This document shows, piece by piece, positions 44,106-53,851 of a stretch of DNA of 64,000 nucleotides. The first letter of the stretch is position 1; the number at the start of each line of letters is the position of its first letter. Source of the DNA: Hyaloraphidium curvatum SAG 235-1 (lineage: Eukaryota > Fungi > Monoblepharomycota); the NCBI GenBank assembly GCA_025558095.1, contig JAIVFI010000037.1, positions 310,001 through 374,000 on the forward strand, read 5' to 3'. Under the pieces are notes generated by a model. That model was not told where the DNA came from, searched no databases, and saw only the letters and a list, made by a program, of their open reading frames with translations. The position numbers were made by a program, and so were the translations under genes.

Positions 44106-46783
44106 ATGGCGTCCACCGACCGCGGGGAGCGCGCGCGGCTGCTCGGCGCGGGCGGACCGGGAGGATATGGCGCCGACGCGGACGCGCCAACGCCGTCTCC
44201 GGGCGACGATCGGGCATACGTGGAGTTCCCGACGTTCGCCGACGACGCGTCGCTCGATCCCGCACAGCCGGCCGGGTGGTGCGGCGGGCTCGGCGGCGAT
44301 GCGGAGTTCCGTGCGCGGCTCAGGTACTACGTCCCTGTGCTGCGATGGCTTCCATCGGTTACACCCGGGACTTTACTCGCGGATGTGCTGGCTGGCGTTA
44401 CAGTGGGGTTCTATATGCTCCCGGGGTGCTTGGGTAGGTGCCGAGGACGTCCCAGGCCTCTCCCGGAATCCTGACGCGTCCGTTTCGCCTCTCCTGTGAC
44501 TCTGACGCGTCGGTTCCGACACCAGGCTACAGCCAGACCATCCTCAAGGTGCCAGTGGCGTACGGACTCTACACAGGACTCTGGCCGTTGCTCATCTACG
44601 CCGTGTTGGGCACGAGCCGCCATCTTTCCGTCGGGCCCGAGGCCGTGGTGGCCCTCCTGACTGGTTCTGCGATCAATGAATTTGTCGGGGACGTGGACGT
44701 CGTATCGTCCCCGGAGGAGGAGGCAGCGCTGAGGGTCTCCACCATGGCGACGCTCACGTTGCTAGTGGGCCTGTTCACCAGCGTCCTGGGCTTCTTCAGG
44801 CTCGGCTTTCTGGACTCTGTCCTGAGTCGCAGCCTGCTGCGGGGTTTCATTTCGGCGGTCGCTGTGGTGGTGGTGATTGAGCAGCTGCCACTGCTTTTGG
44901 GTATTGATTACGCCAAGATTCCCAAGGCCGGTCACGGCTCGCACGCGGACGTCGTGACGTGGTCATACACCGACCTTGTGCCCGGATGGAAATTCGCGCC
45001 CGAAACGACCGTCGCGCAGCGGATGGCGGAACCGACAGTGCTCCCTGGAATTGCGATCGCAAACGAGGCACGGCTGCGGGCGGGAAGCGCGCGCTCGCAC
45101 GGCAAGCCTCGCAAACCGAGCAGTTCGGATCCCGCGACGAGCGCGTCGGACGTGACGACATCCATCGGCCCGGACCCAACGACCAGCTCTCTCGAAGCCA
45201 CGACGACTGATCTGGATCCGACGACGACGACCGCGTTTGCCACGGAAACGCCCGAGCCGACCCCGGAGCCGCCGCCGCCGCCGCCCGAGATCGCCCCCGC
45301 CGAACTGACCCCGATCGAGAAGCTGGCCCGGTTGATCCGCCATTTACCGTACACCCACGGGCTGACGGCGCTCATCGCCCTCGTGACCGTGTCGTTCCTC
45401 TCCGTCGCGAGGGTTGTCAAGACGCAGGCCCGCCACATTCGCATCATCAACCTCTTCCCCGACATCCTCTGCGCTCTGCTGCTTGCGGATGGCCTCTCGT
45501 ATCTTTTCGACTGGGAAGAGCACGGCGTGAGGGTCGTCGGGCCCGTACGGGCCGGCCTGGTGCTTCCCGCGTTCCCCAGCCTTGCAGTCAACCGGATCAA
45601 GAGTCTGTTCCTGAGCGCGGTCCTCATTTCCATCATCGGCTTTGTCGAGAGCGTCGCCGTGACTTCGCGCTACAGCTCAATGTACAACTACCCCGTCTCG
45701 CCGAATCGGGAGCTGGTCGCTTTGGGCGTCTCCAACACCCTTTCCAGCTTCCTGGGCTCCTGGCCGGCTTTTGGCTCGCTCCCTCGCTCGGGCGTGGCGG
45801 ATCGCGCGGGGGCAAAGACCCAGATCTTTGCCGTCGTCGCCGCGGTCGTCGTCCTCATCACGGCGCTCTTCTTCAGCCCCCTGCTCGAGTACATTCCTAC
45901 TGCGGTCCTCGCGGGGGTGATTGCCGTCGCCAGCGTCGGCTTGCTGGAGCTGGACGAGATCGGGTTCATGATGCGTCTGGGCGCATGGTCCGATCTGGCG
46001 CTGATGGCCCTCACATTTGGCGCGACCGTCATCCTGGGCATCGAGCTCGGCACCCTCATCTCAGTCGCCCTCTCGCTGCTCCTCGTCATCCGCGAGACGA
46101 CCCAGATCCGCCTCTCGATCGTCGGTCGCGTCCGCGTGGCGGATCCCGTGGCGCCGGGCGGGTGGCGGTTCAAGTACCGCCCCCTGCCATCCGGCGACCG
46201 CTCGCACCCGCGGCCGCGTGACGGCAGCCCTGCCCGCCACGGCGCCGGCGGGTCGGTACAGGACGAGGACAAGGCGGAGACGGTCCCCGGTATCCTGATT
46301 GTGCGGGTGGAGGAGGACCTGTTCTTTGGAAACTGCGGGCAGCTCCGCGAGCGCATGCGGCGGATCGAGACCTACGGCACGCTGGACGTGCACCCTGGTT
46401 CGGAGCCGCCGCCGCTGCGCGAGACGAGCGCGGTGGTCCTGGATCTGGAGGGCGCCTTTTCTTGCGACGCGAGCGCGGCCAGGACCCTGCACGAGATGGT
46501 GCACGCGTACATGCAGCGCGGAATCGCTGTCTGTCTGGTGCACCTGAGGGCCGAGGTGCGCGACGTGCTGATGCGCTCGGGGACGTGGGATCTCGTCGTG
46601 GATAGCGGTGGCGGGGTTTACGAGCGGACGAGGGACGCGGTTGCGGAAATGGAGGAGAGGGCGGCGGCGCGGATGCCGATCCCACAGTCGCCGGAAACGC
46701 CCACGAGCTTTGGCGGCGCCCGTCAGCGCCCGGCCCGCGTACCCAGCCTGAGCGTCGATGCTGGCGAGGATCGCGACGATTGA
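44106..46783 (+). CDS. SLC26/SulP anion transporter with STAS domain
   Basis: YYVPVLRWLP, ADVLAGVTVG, LGTSRHLSVGPEA, NRELVALG, FGSLPRS, LFFGNCGQLR. Confidence 0.93.
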
Positions 46784-46809
46784 GGTCATTTCTCGCATCC
46801 TTGTCGCCT

Positions 46810-49272
46810 CTAATGATGTACCGTGCTCCTCGAAAAGACGCGCAGCTGCCTCGGCCTTTCGTCCCAGCATGCAAAGCAGCCCGTGAACCCGTCCGTTTCC
46901 TCCCCTTGCAGCACTTCCTCGACCTTGTGGCCTGTGATTGCTTCAAAGCGACCTATTGTCTCCGCAGCGAACCTCCTCACGGCCTCGGAAGCCTCGGCTC
47001 CTATCCAAAGGTATGCCTCGGCGCCGAGCCGGAAGACGAGGGCGCACGAGGCCCGCCGGAGGTTCCATTGTTCCGGCTGTTCCTCGGCTATCCGGTACAG
47101 CCCCTCGGCGCACGAGACCGTGAGCAGCCGCGCAGGGGCCAGCTCCGCGAGGTGGTGCGAGGCGCCGTCGGGCAGCAGATCCCAGAACCATTCGGGTTCG
47201 GATCCCTGCTCCACGACGGAGGGCCGGCTCGCGCTTCTGCCCGCGAGAATCTCCGCGCACGCATCGAGCAAGGCTTCGCGCGCTGCCCGCCGTGCCCGGC
47301 GCCCGATCCAGAGCACCGGACCTCCCTGTCCGCGCTGCAAGATCGCCGCTCCAAAACAATCCAACCTCGCTACGGACGCCAGCACCTCGGTCGCCCTGAC
47401 ACGGCACTTGGCGGCGCGCAGGTGCATCATTCCGTCGCGCGCCTCCCGCCTCCGAACCTCGACGTAGCCCCCTAGCAGCCCGAGCAGCGCATCCGGCTCC
47501 CGCCCCTGCGGCGCATCCACGACTTCCAGTTTGCACCCCCATCTCTCCGCAACGGCCTCGGCGAGCTGCCCCGTGGTGCGGAGGAGGAATGCCGCGCGGC
47601 CGAGCAGCGGCGCGTGCCGGCCGCGCCAGAGGTACGCTGCACACGAGGGCACCGAGGGGCGGGAGTGGAGGTGCACCCAGGTTTCGTCGTCCAGGGGCGG
47701 CCGCGCTGGGTGCGACAGGAAGGTCCGAGTGCGCTCCGAGAAGAGGAAGGAAGAGATCTGAGCGTCCGCGTCGTCTGCGTCGTGGGTTAGGCCCGAGACG
47801 GACAAGTCGTCCGCAGGCGGAGGATCCGGCAGCGAAGGTCCCAAAAGCGGGCCCCAATCCACCGCCGGCGGCGGCCGCGGCGGCTTGACCATGCTCAAAG
47901 GGTCAAACTGCCCCCGCTCCTCCCACCGGGCAAACTTCTGCCTGAACGATTCCGAGGTCGGCCCGCTGCCGTCCCTGAACCTCCTCACGTCCGTCCAACG
48001 CGGCCTGCGGGGGTCCAGGGGGACCAGCGCGGCGAGGAGGTCCGTGCCGGCGGACGGATCCGCGGCGGAGCCGGTCCAGAGAAAGAGCTCCGTGCCGGCA
48101 TCCAGGGCGCAGATGGAGCGGGGACCACCGAGGTAGCTGCGGTCGGGGATGTATGAGCCGGGGAGGGGGACGCGGTAGGCGTCGAGGCGGGCGGGATCGA
48201 AGCCCTCGACGGCGATATCGTCGATGCTTTGTGGAGTCGGATGCGGTGAGATGATACCAAAGGAAGCCAATGAGGGAGTGACTTACCGATAGAGAGATAT
48301 TCGAGGTACAACCGGCGGTCCGTCGTCTGAAGGGCCATCCAGTATCGGAAGCCCGAGTCGGTCGAGGAACGTCCATGCTTCCTCCTCCTCCCCCGTGGCG
48401 TAGTCCCTCCAGTCCTCCTCCAGCACGACCATGCGACCATCTCCGCCGTGGTCCCATGCCAGCATTCGAGAAGCGGCCACCAGCGTGGCTTGCAGCCTGT
48501 CGCGGGCCGACTCTGGATTCCTCGCGCAGTGCACGATGCAGCCCCCGAACTGGAGGTCCACTACTGTCACACCGCCGCCGTCCCTGTGCAGCACCGGTGC
48601 CGCGTGCACGAGGCGGCCCTTTGCCCAGCGGTACACGCGGAAGCGCGGCACGGCGGAGGGGCCGCGGCCACGGAACCTCCGCCAGCTGCCCGGCGCCTCC
48701 CCCACGGAAATGAGGGCGCTCGGCCACGGCTCGGCGGCGCCGTCCACGACAAAGTCCGCGCGCGGGAACATGGCGAGGAATGCGGGCGTCTCGTCGCCGG
48801 GCTCCTCGCGGAAGACGCGCGCCACGCCGCCGCCCATTGCCGCCAGCGACGCCTTGCAGCCGGCGGCGAGCGCGGCGGCGACGAACCGCTTGTCCGCCGC
48901 GGCACTCGGGCCGACCCACAGCCGCACGGCGCGGGACCCGTCGGGCCGCGCCTCGACAAAGACGTACGCGTCCGCGGGGTGAACGGCCGGCGGGAAGGCG
49001 AGCGGCAGCGGCTCGAGCCCCGCGACGGCAAAGCACAGCGGCGCGTCGGCAGAGAGGCCGTCGAGCAGAAACCGCACGTCGGGCCGGAAGGCGGAAAAGG
49101 CCGGCGGGCGAGCGGGCGGGGCGCACGCAGACGGGCCGTCCGGCACGGGCAGCGGCGGCAGCCCCGGGTCGGAAACCCCCGGCACCGCGTCCTCCGCCGG
49201 CCCGGCGCACTCGTCCGCGTCCGGCCGATGCAGCCGCAGGCCGGGCGCCATTGTCCCTGGACCCGCGAACAT
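46810..49272 (-). CDS. Divergent flightless-I-like gelsolin-repeat protein lacking LRRs (intron starting GTAAGT at ~48286)
   Basis: VRLWVGPSAAADKRFVAA...FREEPGDETPAFL; YLWRGRHA...KLEVV; EQGSEPEWFW; QGEETDGFTGCFACW are colinear with FLII gelsolin repeats. Confidence 0.72.
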
Positions 49273-49406
49273 GGTGTGCTTTCAGATTTGAGCGACACAA
49301 ACAACGGACGCCGGACCCGACCAGGACCCGACCGATCTGACACCGATCACACGTGTCAACGCCGCCTGGTATCGCGGATATTGACCAAGAATCAGCGTAT
49401 CGCACA

Positions 49407-51104
49407 TCATGCCGCCTCCCGCAGCGGAATCTCGTCCCCCTCGGCACAGGGACCGCCTCCCGCCGCGCCCACGGGCTCCGCCACGGCTTCGGGCAGATCG
49501 ATCTTGCCCGTCGCATCCAGACCCGCAACCACCCTCGCCAGCAGCGCCCCCGATACGCAGCAGCACGCGAAAAACATCTCGGGCAGCAGGAATCCCGGAT
49601 CCGCGTTGACCAGCGCTGCCACGAGCACCGGGAAGACGAGAGTCGAGAGGTTGAACACTGCTGTCGCGAAGCCGAAAGCCGACCCCTGCAGGCCCGTGTC
49701 CTCGGGCACCAGCAGCGGTATCGCCGACCACAGCACGCCCAGCAGCCCGAACCCGAACCCGAGCACGACCAGCGCCGGCACCGGCGAGGCCACGAACCCG
49801 GGCGGCCGCGCCAGGCCGATCAGCAGGTGCGCCGAGGCCATGACCAACCCGCAGGCCGTCAGCGTGTGCGTGCGCCGGCCGAAGCGGTCCGTGAGGCTGC
49901 CGACAAAGGGCGCCATGACGGCGCTTATGGTGTCGGGCAGGCCCATGGCCTCGCCGGCGGTTTCGGGGTCGCCGGGGTACCACTTGCGCTGCAGCAGGGC
50001 GGAGTGGATGGTCTGGAAGGGGATCACGGTCGCGTAGAGCAGCGCATTGACGAGCATGAGCACGTGGAACGCCGAAGGAAAGTCGGAGAAGGACGGCAGC
50101 GCGGGGAGGGGCGGAAGGGCAAGCGGCGACGTCGGGCCGCGAAGGTTCGGGCTCGGCGGCGCCGTTAGGCGCACGGTCGAGAAGGAAGCCCGGCTGACGG
50201 GTATCAGCACGTTGCTCAGGCGCGGAGAGGAAGGCGACCGCAAGCGGTGCTTGGGTGCGCCTTCGTCCGACAGGTCCGGCTCGTGGCTCGTGGGCGACAT
50301 GTCGCCGGGGCCGACTTTGATGGAGGATGAGCGCGACAGGCGGCCGGCCTGCGGCGAAGGAACAGGTTGCGTCCCGTCGCCTTCGGCGTCCGACAGGTCG
50401 CCGTCTTCCAAGTGGAAATAGGTTCCCCGCTCCGCGCCGTGGGCCCCGGGTGTGGACGAGCCTTCGCCCTCCCCGCCACTCGACAACCGGTGGTCCAGCC
50501 AACCCAACGCGGTCGCGCAGCAGAACGCCACCATGCACGTCGCCGTCCCCACCCAAACCGCCGCCGGCTCCGACACCCGCACCGCGATCACGGGCGAGAG
50601 CAGGTCGTTGGCCACGGACCCCATCCTGGCGATCGCCAGGTTGAGCCCCAAGGCGAGGGCCAGCTCCCTCCCGCGGAAGTACTTGGCCGTCACCGTGTTC
50701 TGCGCGACCATCAGGGATTCGCCCCCGATGCCGAAAAGCAGCCTGCCGAGGAGCATGGCGGCGACGCTGCCGCCAGAGTTGCCGACGGAGAAGACCACCT
50801 GCCCGAGCAGCTGCACCGCCGACAGCGCCACGAGCAGCCTCCTCACGCCCCAAGTGTCAATCAGGTAGCCCCCGAAGAAGGGCAGAACCACGTTTGGAAG
50901 CGCGTACACGCCGTACATGAGCCCGGCAGCGTAGGCGAAGCCTCCGTCGGTCATGCCAAGCTGGGACTGCATTGGCTTTGAAAGTGACGCCGGCAGGTCG
51001 TAGGCATAGAAGTTGGAAAACCCAGTCCAGCAAGACAAGGCCAAAACGGCCCAGCGGAGGCCCGGGTTTCGGGCGAGGCCCGGAGGATCCCCATGAGGGG
51101 ACAT
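49407..51104 (-). CDS. MFS transporter, MFSD1-like (intronless)
   Basis: YAYDLPASL, YALPNVVLPFFGGYLID, GRLLFGIGGESL, FRGRELALALG. Confidence 0.9.
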   Translation of the reverse strand: MSPHGDPPGLARNPGLRWAVLALSCWTGFSNFYAYDLPASLSKPMQSQLGMTDGGFAYAAGLMYGVYALPNVVLPFFGGYLIDTWGVRRLLVALSAVQLLGQVVFSVGNSGGSVAAMLLGRLLFGIGGESLMVAQNTVTAKYFRGRELALALGLNLAIARMGSVANDLLSPVIAVRVSEPAAVWVGTATCMVAFCCATALGWLDHRLSSGGEGEGSSTPGAHGAERGTYFHLEDGDLSDAEGDGTQPVPSPQAGRLSRSSSIKVGPGDMSPTSHEPDLSDEGAPKHRLRSPSSPRLSNVLIPVSRASFSTVRLTAPPSPNLRGPTSPLALPPLPALPSFSDFPSAFHVLMLVNALLYATVIPFQTIHSALLQRKWYPGDPETAGEAMGLPDTISAVMAPFVGSLTDRFGRRTHTLTACGLVMASAHLLIGLARPPGFVASPVPALVVLGFGFGLLGVLWSAIPLLVPEDTGLQGSAFGFATAVFNLSTLVFPVLVAALVNADPGFLLPEMFFACCCVSGALLARVVAGLDATGKIDLPEAVAEPVGAAGGGPCAEGDEIPLREAA

Positions 51105-51431
51105 TGCGCTGTCCGGCTGGGCGGATCTCGCTGCCGGCCGCCGGACCACCGGAGCGGAACTGCGTTATCAAGAGCAGGAGAAACAACACGCCATTGCGGC
51201 CCGGCGATGCCCAGTTGCTGCCCGGGGAGCGGGACGCAAGGCCCAGTGTTTGCCGGCGCGTCAGTTCGCGCGCCCCGCCACCACCGGCCCGCAATCGACC
51301 GCGATCGATCCCGAACGCGATAAGCCGGGGGAGCAAATAAAGCGACTCGAAACGCCGGTCGCGGGAAAGAACCTCCATCGGCGATTTCGATTGGATCGTT
51401 TCGCGCCCGACACGTGTTCGGAACGACAGCA

Positions 51432-52983
51432 ATGGCCGCCCCCTCGCAGCCTCTATCGGAGTGGGCAGCAGCCCTCGGGGTCAAGTACTTCCTGGTCGCG
51501 TTCACGGACCTGTTCGGTGTCTCGCGCACGAAGCTCGTGCCCACCGCGGCCATCGACGAGATGTGCACCGAGGGCGCCGGGTTCGCGGGTTTCGCTACCC
51601 ATCTGGACATGAGCCCTTCTGATCCCGACATGTTTGCGATTCCGGACCCGTCGTCGGCCGTGCAGCTGCCGTGGAACCCAGAGATGGCTTGGGTGGCTTC
51701 CGACCTCGTGATGGACGGCAAGCCGGTCGAGCAGTCCCCTCGCCGGGTCCTGAAGAGGATGATCGCCGAGGCCGCGGAGAAGGGGTTCCAGCTCAAGGCT
51801 GGCGTCGAGTGCGAATTCTTTCTGCTGATGCCGGACAAGCATGAGCTTTCTGATGCTGCGGATCGCCGCTCGAAGGCCTGCTACGACGCGGGAGCGTTGA
51901 TGCGACGCCTTGCGGTCATCAGGGAGATTTGCGACGCCATGCTGGCCATGGGATGGCGTCCGTACCAGTGCGATCACGAGGATGGGCAAGGGCAATTCGA
52001 GATGAATTGGGAATATGACGATGCCTTGCTGGTGAGTGATTTGACGGTGCGTTCCACCTCACGCTCAACCGTCTTTCTACAGACCGCAGACAGGCACGTT
52101 TTCTTCAAGTTCATGGCGAAGCAGATCGCCGAGAAGCACGGTTTCCGCGCGACCTTCATGGTGGGCGCCCGCGAGCGAGGCTTCTGTTCGCCAGCTGATC
52201 TTGACCAATCGTCCAGCCGAAACCTTTTGCCGACCTCACCGGAAGCGGCGCCCACATTCATGTCAGCTGCTGGAGCACCACTGATAGTTCCAAGAACCTC
52301 TTTATCCCTGCGGACAAGGCCGACGCGAAGGCTTCGGGCTTCTCGTCTTTTGGGCACTCGTTCCTCGGCGGCGTCATGAAGCATTGCGGGAGCATGGTTG
52401 CCATCACCAACCCGACGGTCAACTCTTACAAGGTTCGTCGGATCGCGTGCCGGAATCATATCAGCTCACGCCTTTATGTCTTCAGCGGCTCGGAGCTTCG
52501 ACCACGGCCTCTGGAGCGACCTGGTCGCCCCGGACCGCAACGTACACGGGCAACAACCGGACGCACGTTGTGCGGATACCGGCCCCCAACCGCTTCGAGC
52601 TTCGCCTCGCCGGTTTGTGTCCTTCTTGATCGCCTCGGTCTCGCACTTGGCTCATTTGTCTTTCGTCAACAGACGGTGCCGTGAACCCTTACCTCCTCCC
52701 CGCCGTCGTGCTCGCCGCTGGTCTGGATGGCCTGGAGAAGAGGCTGGATCCGGGCCCGCCGGCGCTGTACAACGCCTACACGACGCCTCCTCCCGAGGGC
52801 ACCGAGGTGCTCTCGCATTCCATGGTCGAATCCCTGAAGAAGCTGGAGGACGCAGACAAAGGGCTCAAGACGAGGCTGGGCGATTCGTTTTTGGCATCTT
52901 ACCTCAAGTTGAGGAGGGAGGAGTGGGAGGACTACCTCGCAAAGATCAGCCAGTGGGAGATAGACCACACGGTGGATTGCTGA
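51432..52983 (+). CDS. gmaS: Bacterial-type GlnT/GmaS glutamate-amine ligase (gamma-glutamylmethylamide synthetase-like); introns 52032-52082, 52161-52216, 52433-52485, 52613-52672
   Basis: FTDLFG..RTKLVP, GAGFAGFA, QLPWNPE, GVECEFFLL, CYD..ALMRR, DHEDGQGQFEMNWEY, ATFMPKPF, SGATWSP, GNNRTH, RFELRLADGAVNPYL. Confidence 0.88.
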
Positions 52984-53137
52984 AGCTACCGCCTCAATCT
53001 CTATGTACGCTATTGTAGTTATCCGACGCTCAGCCTTGAATCGCTGCCATCCAGCCACGAACTCCAGAGAGGCGTCAGCCTCCGATCGCGCAGTTGGCGG
53101 GCTCCACCACGTTTGACCCCCTGGCAATCCGGCGAAA

Positions 53138-53729
53138 ATGAACGTCTTCCGGGGCAACGTCACCGGCATAACGGCCGGGAAGCTGCTTTCAGAGATCGAA
53201 ATCTCGACTCCAACGCGCCTGAAGCTTGTTGCTGTCGTTACGAACGAGGAACTGGAGGCCCTCAATTGCACTCCGGGCCAACAGCTCAACGCGTCGGTTC
53301 CGGTGAGGAGGCCAGCGAGTTGAATGAGCAGATCCTCAATGACATTTGAATGGTACGTGGGCCACTCGACAGCCAGCCGCTGTTGTTCTCGTGCGAGCGG
53401 AGTCGACCGGACCGCCTCCTTCGCATTCGCGCTCGGCGAGCTCGTTCTCGGTTGCGGACGTCACGACATCGGCCCGGAACAAGGTACTCTGTCGCATTAC
53501 GGATGTTTCCTACGACTCTGAGCTCGGACCGTCGAGCACCGTTGGGGCTGTCGCGTGTCGAGTGGCCTGCGAGGTTCAACCACACGGAGGCGCTGGAGCA
53601 ATCGTGGGAGGCGGCGAAAAGATCGAGGCCCTCGTGACCACAGAGAGCGCCAAAACAATGAAGTTGGCACAGAACGAGTTCGTGTGGGCCCTGTGGAAGG
53701 CGTTCTCCGTTTCCCTCACCAAGGGGTAG
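53138..53729 (+). CDS. Tandem TOBE/Mop (di-mop, molbindin/ModG-like) protein, ~173 aa; intron 53303-53372
   Basis: Domain 1 MNVFRGNVTGI...LVAVVTNEELEAL...ASVP/PAAVVL. Domain 2 TSARNKV...IEALVTTESAKTMKL...VWALWKAFSVSL carries the SARN and TxES motifs. Confidence 0.75.
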
Positions 53730-53851
53730 TAGTCTTCGCACATTCGCACTCATTCCGTGTCGAATAGAAAGCTTTTTTGTCAAATCTTCGCACTTCTGCT
53801 CTCCATTCCAAGTCAAAGATCGAGACAAAGCTTGTCTATGCTAGACGCGAC

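Noticed and set aside
51432-53729. Bacterial contamination or chimeric assembly
   Set aside because: Both genes contain spliceosomal introns like those of their neighbours, and composition is continuous.
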